In this document: piece after piece, positions 42,676-54,116 of the stretch | Numbering within the stretch: the stretch's first letter is position 1 | Layout of the letters: each line of letters opens with the position of its first letter | NCBI GenBank assembly: GCA_963842525.1 | Contig: CAWJGT010000009.1 | Location: forward strand, 800,001-864,000 | Length of the DNA stretch: 64,000 nt | Origin: an uncultured Holophagales bacterium | Lineage (GTDB): Bacteria > Acidobacteriota > Thermoanaerobaculia > Multivoradales > UBA5704 | Direction: 5' to 3' | The notes under the pieces: model-generated | What the model was told of the DNA's origin: nothing | Databases searched by the model: none | The model's input: the letters and a program-made list of their open reading frames with translations, nothing else | Program-made: the position numbers and the translations under genes

Positions 42676-43508
42676 CAATCGCCCTGGAAGACCGGCTTTT
42701 CCCTGGCAACGAACGCCCGGTAGGCGCGGGCGAAATCCTCGGTCTGCATGCAGATCGCCTGGGCCTGGGCCTCGGCCTCGATGGCCTCGTCGACCCCCAT
42801 CGACCACTCCTGGTGGAGGGCCTTCTTGGTCATGGAATGGGCGAAGCTGGGGCCCTTGGCGAGAGAGGCGGCCAGGGTCTGGGCTTCCGCGAGGAGCTGC
42901 TCCGGCTCCACCAGCCGGTTGTAGAACCCCCAACGCTCCGCCTCGGGTCCCTCCATGAACCGCCCGGTATAGAGCAGCTCGCTGGCCCGGCCCTGTCCGA
43001 CGATGCGTGGCAGCATGGCGCAGGCTCCCATGTCCGCGCCGGAGAGGCCGACCTTGACGAAGAGGAAAGCGACCCGGCTGCGCGCCGTGCCAAGCCGCAT
43101 GTCCGAGGCCATGGCAAGGATTGCGCCCGCGCCCACGCACATGCCGTCGATGGCCGTGATGATCGGCTGCGGGCAGGCGCGCATCGTGCGGACCAGCTCG
43201 CCGGTCAGCCGCGTGAAGGCGAGGAGCTTGTCCATCCGTTTCTCCTCGCGCCATTGGACCAGCGGGCCGATGATGTCGTGGACGTCGCCTCCCGAGCAGA
43301 AGTCTTCACCTGCGCCGGTCAGCACCACGGCCCGCACCTCGTCCACACGGCGAAGACGGTCGAACGTGTCGGACAGCTCGCGGTAGGACTCGAAGGTGAG
43401 CGGGTTCTTGCGTTCCGGACGCGACAGCGTGATGGTCGCGACCCGCCCCTCGACGCTCCAGGCGAAGCTCGTCGGGCGGATGTCTTCTACAGGGATGCGG
43501 TCTTGCAA
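42675..43508 (-). CDS. enoyl-CoA hydratase/isomerase family protein
   Basis: [21 protein letters not shown]; TTG start after AGGAGG. Confidence 0.88.
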   Translation of the reverse strand: MQDRIPVEDIRPTSFAWSVEGRVATITLSRPERKNPLTFESYRELSDTFDRLRRVDEVRAVVLTGAGEDFCSGGDVHDIIGPLVQWREEKRMDKLLAFTRLTGELVRTMRACPQPIITAIDGMCVGAGAILAMASDMRLGTARSRVAFLFVKVGLSGADMGACAMLPRIVGQGRASELLYTGRFMEGPEAERWGFYNRLVEPEQLLAEAQTLAASLAKGPSFAHSMTKKALHQEWSMGVDEAIEAEAQAQAICMQTEDFARAYRAFVAREKPVFQGD

Positions 43509-43560
43509 AGGTGGTCCTCCTGTCTCAGAGGATATCTGGAAATTCCTGCGCGAGCCCTGG

Positions 43561-43703
43561 CCCCTCACCCCCGGCCCCTCTCCCATCCGCACTCCCTTCC
43601 CCCGGGAGAGGGGAGAAATGCATGATCAGGAAGCTCCTGGGTGGGGGCTCCCCTCGCCCGGGCGGGTGTGAGTGCGGATGGGAGAGGGGCCGGGGGTGAG
43701 GGC
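43561..43703. repeat. palindromic repeat element (double, inverted, intergenic)
   Basis: CCCCTCACCCCCGGCCCCTCTCCCATCCGCACTC...GAGTGCGGATGGGAGAGGGGCCGGGGGTGAGGG. Confidence 0.85.
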
Positions 43704-43737
43704 CCTGCCGGCCGCCTCAACCTTTCCAAACACCCTC

Positions 43738-46035
<2,298 letters not shown>

Positions 46036-46163
46036 GGCGCGGAGTCTAGCAAAGGGGGGCTCATCCTGGTAGGCCGGCTTGTCGCCTTTATGTCAACACA
46101 AGTGGCGTGGTTGACTGCCATCTCCACGCGGGCTAACCTGTAGGCGGCCTGAGGACTCTAAAG

Positions 46164-46653
46164 ATGACGAAGCGCGCCGCAGCCGAATTCATCCCACTGG
46201 AAGCCGACTCGCAGGGGGTTCTGCGAATCTCTGGGACGCATGTGACTCTGGAGTCGGTGGTGGCGGTGTATAGGACCGGCAGAACGGCCGAGCAGATTGC
46301 CGAGCTGTACTCGTCTCTCCAGCTAGCGGATATCTATGCCGTGCTGACCTATTACCTGCGCCACCAAGAGGAGGTCGAGACATACATCCGGCGGCATCAT
46401 CGCCAAGTCGATCCCGCCTTTATGATTGATCAGGTAGCGAGCGAGCGATCAGAGCCTCCTAGCCCGTAAATACGGGGGTCAGGAGCTTTCTGCTAATGAT
46501 CAGGAGCGGCTTGAAGCGCTCACCGCAAGACTCAAGGATGCTTTACCGCCTGTCTCCTTTGACGACCTCAAGGTCCTCCTGGAAATGACGGAAGAAGTGG
46601 AGAGCATCCGCGAGCGCGCCCGCGAGCGTCGGCAGCGTCTCGGGTTGAGATAG
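46164..46653 (+). CDS. DUF433-domain protein; C-terminal helical extension after apparent +1 frameshift near 46455
   Basis: ISGTHVTL..GRTAEQIAELY..L.LADIYAVLTYY. The shifted frame continues LLARKYGGQELSANDQERLEALTARL to TAG 46653. Confidence 0.65.
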
Positions 46654-46659
46654 GCGGAA

Positions 46660-47304
46660 ATGGACGATCTTATCGAGTCGCTGCTCTTTCCGAGACAGCG
46701 CCAGGAGCGGGGTCACGATCCAGGCCCTTTCAGCGACCATCGCCTCTACAAACCACATCTCCAGAGGGGATTCCGAAGGAAGTGCGTTTATTGCCGCGTC
46801 TCGGATGGGCTGAAAGGTTATGAGGGTTTCGGCGTCGATCACTACCTACCCAAATCCAAGTTCCCCGCTCTCACAGCAGAATGGTCAAACCTCTTGTATG
46901 CCTGTAACGTCTGCAACACCTGGAAGGGTGAGTCCGTATCCACTCCTGAACGATTCCTTCCCAACCCTTGTGTGCATACAATGGCGGATCACCTCCAATA
47001 CCAAGGAGCCGATATCGAGACCTACACGCCGCATGGAGAATGGCTGGCGGAGTTGCTCCATCTCGCGGAGCGACGAGAGCTACGAGAGCTTATCTTCGCC
47101 ACCCTCGGCCAGTTCCTCAGGACTCGCAACGAGCTCCTTCGGGATCTGACTACCTATGAAGCCCAGCTCGATGAGGATCCGGACGCAAAGGAGCGGAGCG
47201 CAATTCAGGTCGCAATTCAGGAAAGTACGGAAGAACTGGCGCGGGTGAGCCGATATATCGAGCTCATCACCGGAGAGCCGGTTGCTGCGGAACGGGGCGG
47301 CTGA
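46660..47304 (+). CDS. HNH endonuclease family protein
   Basis: CVYC, VDHYLPK, NLLYACNVCN.K. Confidence 0.85.
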   Translation: MDDLIESLLFPRQRQERGHDPGPFSDHRLYKPHLQRGFRRKCVYCRVSDGLKGYEGFGVDHYLPKSKFPALTAEWSNLLYACNVCNTWKGESVSTPERFLPNPCVHTMADHLQYQGADIETYTPHGEWLAELLHLAERRELRELIFATLGQFLRTRNELLRDLTTYEAQLDEDPDAKERSAIQVAIQESTEELARVSRYIELITGEPVAAERGG

Positions 47305-47539
47305 CGGGGCCAGATCCAGCGGCGGACACGCGCCGGAGAATCGTCTGGCGCCTCCACCGCCTGGCCTGCCTACCGCAGTGGGGGTATAATAAGGGCGCGA
47401 TGAAACGGGAAAAAGAACAGATCCTCGCTATCCTGCCTACACGGCCGGCTTCACCTTTCCCCAGGCGATCGGCTGACGTTCTGAACGGTGCTGCGCCAGA
47501 AGCGGCTGCGGCGTTGTCGCTCGAGGAAATTGGGGGCCC

Positions 47540-47850
47540 ATCCAGAGTCCGTGGAACCACGCCAGGAAATTTGGACCGCGTCCAGAGCTCTGTGGAACCG
47601 ATTCAGGGTCACGCTGCATCGATCCAGGAAATTTGGAAGGCGTACAGAAATTTTGGAAGCGATCCCAAAAATTTGGAACGGGTCCAGAATTTTTTGGAAC
47701 CGCTTCCGCGTTTCGCTGTATCGATCCAGAAAATTTGGAACGCGTACAGAAATTTTGGAAGCGATCTCAAAGATTTGGAACCGGTCCAGAAAATTTGGAA
47801 CGCGTCCAGAACCCCGGGAATCGATCCCGCGTCATCCGGATCTCGTTCAG
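47540..47850. repeat. tandem array of 20-21-bp palindromic units (TCCA-N7-TGGA)
   Basis: About 15 degenerate units such as CCAGAAAATTTGGAACGCGT, with a 102-bp higher-order repeat (47618 vs 47720). Confidence 0.85.
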
Positions 47851-47887
47851 GCACCCTCCGAACGATGAAATGTAACGCCTCTTCGGA

Positions 47888-49270
47888 TCACGGAGTTCCC
47901 GATCCAGAGAAGAGGAGCGGCTCGGCATCTTCCGCAACTCCGGGGAAGCGCGCGTCGGGATCGTGGCGTGCCCTCAGGAGGAAAGCGGCAACCTGGCGGG
48001 CCAGACCGGCGTTGGCCGCCTCGGTGAGCGCCGCGTTCTGGAAGACCGCCAAGGCGGCGAGCGCCTCGCGGTGCACCTCCTGGGAGAGGAAGATCGGGAC
48101 CATCCCACGGACAAGGTCCTTGACCTCGGCGGTCTGCCCTTCCTCGTCATAGAGGGCTGCCAGCTCCAGCGCCGCGAGGGAGGCATCATAAGCCATCCCC
48201 CTGTCCAGAAACGCGCGCCAGACCTCATCGAGCATCCGGACCGCCTCCCTCCGCTCGCCGGTGCCAGCCGCGACCCGCCCCTCCGTCCATCTCAACCGGG
48301 CCAGATCCAGGGCATTTTCCAGCTCCCGACAGAGCCCCTGGACGCCGGGAAGAAGCTCCCTGGCTTCTTCGAACCGGCCAAGCGTTGTCAGATTCCAGAC
48401 GAGGTTGTGCCGGCAACACAGGAGGAGGCGAGGATCACGGCCTGGGTCTATGAGGTGGACAGCCTCCTTCAACAGCTCGACCGCCGCTTCCGGCTGCTCG
48501 GCGTCCGCGAAGGCGAATGCCTTCTTGACCATGGCCCGCCCTGCCAGATGTGGATCTCGCTGCTCCGGTCTCCCTTCCTTATAGATATGGATCACGCGGT
48601 CCAGCAGGCCCAGAGCCTCGGGAAACCGCCGCTGAGCGATTCGTAGCGAGGCTTGCAGGTCCCAGAGGACCGGCCGATAGCCGAGGGCATCCTCTTCCCG
48701 ATCAGCCCAGAATCGGTCCGAAACGGCGTCAGCCTCTTCGGCGCTCCGGAGCTCGCCAAGCACCCGGCGGGCGTTAGCGAGGTAGATCCAGGCGAGAGAC
48801 CGGACCTCGTCGAGCCAATCTTCCTCGAAGGGTTTGCCCGCTTCGAGGCGATCAGCAACAGCCACCGCCAGCTCCGCGATCTCGACTGCCAGGACGACCT
48901 CGCTAGCTGCGATGGCTTCGCTCTTCTGAGCGAGAAGCTCGCACAAGCCCAGGCTTCGGAACCGGGGCTCGTGATCGATCCGGACGAGTTGCTCGTTCAA
49001 AGAGAGGCCGGAGAGTTCCTCCCAGAGGGTCGGCGCCTCAGCTCTCGATTGCGCGAGTTCCACATCGAGCCGCCCGAAGACGGCCGGGAGGTGACCCGCC
49101 CGATGGAGGTCCAGGATGTAGCCGCCCACCTCCGAGCACTGCGGGCAGACCTCCAGTCGGTGCAACAGGGACGCACAGCGATCCGCCTCGGTCTCCTCGC
49201 CGGCCAGCCATTGCTCCAGAGCCTCCGGGCTCAGGTGCCGCTCGTTCACGCGCTTCTCCTTTCGGACCAA
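47888..49270 (-). CDS. TPR-repeat protein with N-terminal anti-sigma-like zinc finger
   Basis: HL...HRLEVCPQC, tandem TPR-like helices, C-terminal EVHREALAAL. Confidence 0.8.
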   Translation of the reverse strand: MVRKEKRVNERHLSPEALEQWLAGEETEADRCASLLHRLEVCPQCSEVGGYILDLHRAGHLPAVFGRLDVELAQSRAEAPTLWEELSGLSLNEQLVRIDHEPRFRSLGLCELLAQKSEAIAASEVVLAVEIAELAVAVADRLEAGKPFEEDWLDEVRSLAWIYLANARRVLGELRSAEEADAVSDRFWADREEDALGYRPVLWDLQASLRIAQRRFPEALGLLDRVIHIYKEGRPEQRDPHLAGRAMVKKAFAFADAEQPEAAVELLKEAVHLIDPGRDPRLLLCCRHNLVWNLTTLGRFEEARELLPGVQGLCRELENALDLARLRWTEGRVAAGTGERREAVRMLDEVWRAFLDRGMAYDASLAALELAALYDEEGQTAEVKDLVRGMVPIFLSQEVHREALAALAVFQNAALTEAANAGLARQVAAFLLRARHDPDARFPGVAEDAEPLLFSGSGTP

Positions 49271-49332
49271 TGCTTACGACACTTCGTATCCTACACCGGA
49301 GTTTGCGCGATACGTCTAGGCATGCCGGCATT

Positions 49333-49605
49333 CTAGCCATGCGGGTCCAACTGGCCGCCGTTGTCGCCCGTCACGCCGCTCGGGTCCAACTGCCCGCCGT
49401 TGTCGCCCGTGATGCCATCGGGATCGAGCTGGCCGCCGTTCTGGCTCCAGACGGCGGTGAGCAGGTTACACACCTGCTCGAAGAAGCCGGGGTCCGCGGT
49501 CCTGCCGGAATCCTGGAAGAGGGGGAGAGCTTGGGCGAGCCCAGGTGAGAGAAGAGCTGCCAGGGCGAGAGCTGCGATCGTACGGCCCGTCTTGGGAGGC
49601 AACAT
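49333..49605 (-). CDS. small secreted precursor peptide with three NGGQLDPxG repeats
   Basis: Sec-type signal (..ALALAALLSPGLAQA), 39-bp/13-aa tandem repeat, AGGAG RBS. Confidence 0.8.
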   Translation of the reverse strand: MLPPKTGRTIAALALAALLSPGLAQALPLFQDSGRTADPGFFEQVCNLLTAVWSQNGGQLDPDGITGDNGGQLDPSGVTGDNGGQLDPHG

Positions 49606-49802
49606 GGCAAGGCTCCTAGGAAGCGGCTGCGCCTCACCGCCGCCACGGCCGCGAGCGAGCCGCCCTCAAGAACGTGAGTGCCCCGGCAGCGCGACAACGA
49701 TCCTCGAAGCAAAGTCATGGAGGGGGCAGTTTTCCGGCGGGGGCGTGGTGAGAGTCCCTGGGAAAGCGGGCGGGGCGCCCGCCCTCCCAAGGAACAAGCA
49801 TA

Positions 49803-49874
49803 TTGATGAATGGCCATGACATCAGGACCGTCCAGGAGCTCCTGGGGCACCAGAGCGTCAAGACGACGATGTAG
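49803..49874 (+). pseudogene. C-terminal fragment of an integron-integrase-like tyrosine recombinase
   Basis: [23 protein letters not shown] matches the box II motif; stop before the catalytic Tyr. Confidence 0.65.
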
Positions 49875-49894
49875 GCCCGCAAGCGTGCTGCGGC

Positions 49895-50334
49895 TTGCGC
49901 GCTTGTTGCAGCGATACGCCATCGTGGTTGAGAAGGGGGGGAGCATTGGCATCATTGATCGAGGTCTCCCCGACGCCATCTCTCGCCTCATTCAGGATGG
50001 AGGCATGACGCTGGCCGACGCAATGGTGTTCGTCAGCGTCGTGATTCCGACTGATTTGCCAGCGTTAAACATTCGCCTCGACATTCAGCCGAAGCTCGCG
50101 TTCGATCGCGTCTTAAGTCGTGGCAAGCAGTTCTCGGCGAGTGAAGCACGCGGAATGTCCTACCTTCAAAATCGTCACGCGGCCCTCAGTGATGTATTTG
50201 GAGTCCTCGATACGCTCGGCCGAGATGTCGCAATTCTCGATGCTCGGCAACCACTCAAAGAGCTACATGCGAGCGCTTTTTCACGTATAGATGCTTGGCT
50301 AAAACGATCCAATTGGGTACCAGCCGAATCTTAA
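49895..50334 (+). pseudogene. truncated thymidylate/NMP-kinase-like ORF (P-loop missing)
   Basis: IIDRG, LDIQPKLAFDRVLSRG, ILDARQP motifs typical of the dTMP kinase C-terminal part. Confidence 0.5.
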
Positions 50335-50457
50335 TCGCACCCAGATGCCTGAATGCCGCGGCGAGATGCGGGAGGGTCGGCCAGCTTGCATTCGCTCTCT
50401 CGGAGCGCTTGGGCGAGCTGCGGGGGCCTCCAGATCTCCAAGAATCCGCTTGGCGGA

Positions 50458-52116
50458 TCAACCTTGAATGGATCTCCCGGGAACATGGTTTCGCAGGACT
50501 AAATCGAGGCATTGGGTAAACTGAGAACGAAAGCTTTCACCCGGTACCGGCGAAAACAAAAAATAATAACGTTCACCGTGTATAGCCTTATAATCGATCA
50601 TGTTGGTGCCGTCTTCGATCAAAACACCATAGGATAGACGCAAGGCGCTGGCGACTCCAAGTTCCCAAAGTAACCAAGGCGAGCACCGACTACTTCCCAC
50701 ATCCTTTTCTGATGGTGCCCAAATTCCTATAAAGTGTGTGGCCTGCGAAATACGGCCTAAAACCTCATCGCGAACTACTGGCTGCTCTTTCGTACCTCGA
50801 ACCAAATCAAATGCGATCCCCCTAGCCTTGCAACATTCACGCGCGATATCTATGCGAGCTTCATTGATTTTTGAAAACTCTACAGACAGAAATACCGTCG
50901 GCCTTATCTGGCCACGAGCCGTGCGAACCTTTCGAATGCCATGAAGCAATGCAGCCTTAGAGACCTGAGCAGCCTCTGCATCTCCCGCCGGGACATCGCG
51001 CTGGGATTGCTCCAAAGAGAGTTCCTTCTCTGCCAACCATTCATGCACTCCTACCTGCCGCGCCAAAAGCCACACAGCCGCAGGCGCATCTTTCCCGGGA
51101 GGAGTACGCATTTCATCCTTCACTATCTCCTTGTCAAAAAATGTAGTTGATGCATAAACCTCAAGAGCCCCCGATTTAAAAAGTGCGGCCACTTCTTTTT
51201 CTCGCCCCCTGTCCTCATCTTCACCTGCGTGTGTCCATTCCTCTCTCGAGAGAATGACCTCGAACCAACTTCTCCCCTGGTGACGCTGGATTCGGTTTAG
51301 AGCAGAAAGTATTGTGATTCCGCCTTGTCTAATCTGATCCGTAATAGCCGACAACGCGCCAGGTCTATCGTTATGTCTGATAGAACACCAAAGAATTTGC
51401 CGATCATTTGGAACTATGGTGATGCGAAATAGGCGTTCCCTTGTATCGGATGAAATGAAATATGTGAGCGGCAAAGAAAGCGCGATAGATCGACCACTTT
51501 GCGGCTGGGTGGACAGCATATGAATTAGCGGCTCCCGGAGAGTTAGGTAGCCATGGTTTGTAAGTTCCTCTTCTTGCACGAGAGTATTGTGACGCGAGCT
51601 GCGCAGTCTCTTGAGCAGTGAGTCTAAGTTACGGAGGGTTGAATTGGGGCGGACGCGAATCCCAAAACCGAACCCCGGTCCCTCCACAATGTGGTCGTTG
51701 CAATCAGCCAAGAGAAGTCCCTCAATTTCACTTGAGAGATCGACTCCAGCTCCTTCGGATTCGCTCAGGCTCGCAAAATCAACTACCAACTCAACGTGAT
51801 GGCGACTCTCTTGATCAGTGGAAGTGCTATCAAGGTTAAGTACATTGCCACCGTGTCGCGAAATGGAAGCCAGGATGGAGTGAAGCACTCCCGGCGCATC
51901 CTTAAGTGCGACAGAGACTAGATATACGGCAGGCCAAGAACTCTGCTGTATAGTTGTCCCAAGAACTTCAGGTAATTGTTTTTTCCCGGTACCGAGTTGG
52001 TGAACTGGAGCTAGAAACACTGTGGTACCTGGAGACAGAGATAGGTGCCCTCGGTGATAAAGCGGTAAGGCAACCTTCCAATCTTCCGTGACTTGCGGCC
52101 AATCTAAAACGAACAT
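50458..52116 (-). CDS. tandem ACT-domain protein with C-terminal TIR/NDT-like domain (low GC)
   Basis: DAPGVLHSIL..HGGNVL and DRPGALSAIT..GGITIL (ACT-like); VFLS...SPWLLWELGVA (TIR/NDT-like). Confidence 0.7.
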   Translation of the reverse strand: MFVLDWPQVTEDWKVALPLYHRGHLSLSPGTTVFLAPVHQLGTGKKQLPEVLGTTIQQSSWPAVYLVSVALKDAPGVLHSILASISRHGGNVLNLDSTSTDQESRHHVELVVDFASLSESEGAGVDLSSEIEGLLLADCNDHIVEGPGFGFGIRVRPNSTLRNLDSLLKRLRSSRHNTLVQEEELTNHGYLTLREPLIHMLSTQPQSGRSIALSLPLTYFISSDTRERLFRITIVPNDRQILWCSIRHNDRPGALSAITDQIRQGGITILSALNRIQRHQGRSWFEVILSREEWTHAGEDEDRGREKEVAALFKSGALEVYASTTFFDKEIVKDEMRTPPGKDAPAAVWLLARQVGVHEWLAEKELSLEQSQRDVPAGDAEAAQVSKAALLHGIRKVRTARGQIRPTVFLSVEFSKINEARIDIARECCKARGIAFDLVRGTKEQPVVRDEVLGRISQATHFIGIWAPSEKDVGSSRCSPWLLWELGVASALRLSYGVLIEDGTNMIDYKAIHGERYYFLFSPVPGESFRSQFTQCLDLVLRNHVPGRSIQG

Positions 52117-52630
52117 AGCTCACCACCTTTCTTATCCAACCTCTGCCTCAAGGATTCACCGGCAACCACCACGCAGGTGTATACGACAAGCCCTGCGATT
52201 GTCTCTACTGCCGGTCCGGGCGTCGGGCTTGCAGGATCTTTAGTCTTAGCTTACAGGAGTTTACACCTCTTCCTTATCCACGTCAAGTCCGTGAGGAGCA
52301 CTAGCCGTGGATTCCACGGGAAGTTATTGGCCTAACAGGCCCCGTCCCGAGAGGCCGTGCCTTCAAAGGGAAGCCATAGGCTTCGGCGGTTAGGTCGTTG
52401 GGTGCTCTGATAGGCCAATATGCGCAGTCCCATCCGGGGCGTTTTGGCCCCAAAACGCCCAATAACTCCGAAGAGGGACCGTGCATGGACGCCTATCAGA
52501 GCACCTATCTGGATAACGCATCTCGGTCTCGAACGGCAGTGCTCGGCCCGTGGGGCCCCCTCTGGCGGCGTTAGACGAACTTCTCGCCGTGGAAATCCAG
52601 GCTAGAATAGCAAGAGGGCGAGACCCTACA

Positions 52631-53797
52631 ATGAAATCACCCATACACATCACCCCGTTCTCGATCCAGATCGAGGCAGAGATCCTGTCTGACCTCCGAG
52701 AGCGTATCCGCGGCACGCGCTGGCCTGATCAGGCACCAGGCACGGCCTGGGAGCAGGGGACTGACCTTGAATACCTTAAACAGTTGCTTGCGTATTGGAC
52801 CGCCGAGTTCGATTGGCACGCACAAGAGCGCAAGCTGAACGCGGTCAAGCAGTTCCGCGCCGAGCTCGACGGCGTCCATATCCACTTCGTCCATGAGCGG
52901 GCCAGACACGGGCACGGCATTCCGCTGATCCTGACCCATGGCTGGCCTAGCACGTTCGTTGAGCTGCTTCCGCTCGTGCCATTCCTGACCGATCCAGACG
53001 CCCACAGTATCGACGGTCCCGCCTTTGACGTTGTCATCCCTTCACTGCCGGGTTACGGGTTTTCCGATCGGCCCGCTCAGGTGGGCGTGAACTATCAGCA
53101 CGTCGCCGGTCTGTGGCATCGCCTCATGCGTGGCCTGGGTTACGAGCGCTACGGGGCTCAAGGCGGAGATTTCGGGGCCGGTGTTGCCACGTTTATGGCA
53201 TTGACCGATCCCGAGCCGATGATTGGTGTCCACCTGAGCAATCTGGAGATTCGGCCCTACACTGGCGCAGGGGCGCGGCCACTGTCCGCGGCGGAGAGAA
53301 CCTATCTCGAGCGCAATGAGGCATTTTGGCAGGAGGAGTACGGTTACAAGGCAATCCAATCCACGAAGCCCCAGACGCTCGGATACGGGCTGAACGACTC
53401 GCCCGCTGGACTCGCCGCCTGGATTCTGGAGAAGTGGCGCTCCTGGGCCGATTCCCGCGGTCATCTCGATCAGCGCTTCTCCCGCGATTTCCTGTTGACC
53501 ACGGTAACGCTCTATTGGGTCACCCAGACGATCACATCCTCGATGCGGGACTACTTCGACAACGACAACTGGCGGTTCCGAGTCACGCTTGGACCACAGG
53601 AGCTCGTCAGCGTGCCAACTGGCATCGCTGTCTTCGCCAATACGTTTGTTGATGAGGGAACACCTCCCCGCGAGTGGGCCGAGCGTCTATACAACGTCGT
53701 CCAGTGGACCTCGATGCCGAGCGGCGGGCATTTCGCCCCGGCAGAAGAGCCCGAGTTGCTCGCCCGCGATATCGCAGCGTTCTTCGCCGGTTTATGA
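52631..53797 (+). CDS. epoxide hydrolase (EHN + alpha/beta hydrolase)
   Basis: THGWP, PSLPGYGFS, QGGDFG, GGHF. Confidence 0.9.
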   Translation: MKSPIHITPFSIQIEAEILSDLRERIRGTRWPDQAPGTAWEQGTDLEYLKQLLAYWTAEFDWHAQERKLNAVKQFRAELDGVHIHFVHERARHGHGIPLILTHGWPSTFVELLPLVPFLTDPDAHSIDGPAFDVVIPSLPGYGFSDRPAQVGVNYQHVAGLWHRLMRGLGYERYGAQGGDFGAGVATFMALTDPEPMIGVHLSNLEIRPYTGAGARPLSAAERTYLERNEAFWQEEYGYKAIQSTKPQTLGYGLNDSPAGLAAWILEKWRSWADSRGHLDQRFSRDFLLTTVTLYWVTQTITSSMRDYFDNDNWRFRVTLGPQELVSVPTGIAVFANTFVDEGTPPREWAERLYNVVQWTSMPSGGHFAPAEEPELLARDIAAFFAGL

Positions 53798-53983
53798 GTC
53801 GCCCCAATTTAGGTGCCACCCATTAGAAGGCTCTTGTCAACGACCCACACGTCTCCCACCCGGGAGTGTTCGTTTCAAGAACGGCTCGTTCCGGCAAGAT
53901 GTGCTCCCGTGTCGGGTTTGCGCGCCCGTAGTCTCGCTGTGCTTCAGGTGCGGAGATCCGCACCAGCCACCCATCGGGATCAA

Positions 53984-54017
53984 GGCGGGTCGGAGCCGGT
54001 GACGGCTCCGACCCGCC
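53984..54017. terminator. strong hairpin (possible terminator)
   Basis: Perfect 15-bp stem GGCGGGTCGGAGCCG/CGGCTCCGACCCGCC, no U tract. Confidence 0.35.
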
Positions 54018-54116
54018 CCTGGCACGGTTTGCGTGCCCCCAGAAAATCTTCGGTTCCAGGTTCGTGTCCAAGGGTTCAGGACAACCAATAAGGCTACCTC
54101 CGCCCCCCCGAAAGGT

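Noticed and set aside
47540-47850. CRISPR array
   Set aside because: Units are adjacent 20-21-bp degenerate repeats with no unique spacers, and there are no cas genes in the window.
52330-52396. Integron attC site (GCCTAAC...GTTAGGT); also GTCTAAC near 59570
   Set aside because: R boxes fit at 52330 but no complementary L boxes are found at the right spacing, no cassette ORF ends there, and the integrase is only a 23-codon fragment.
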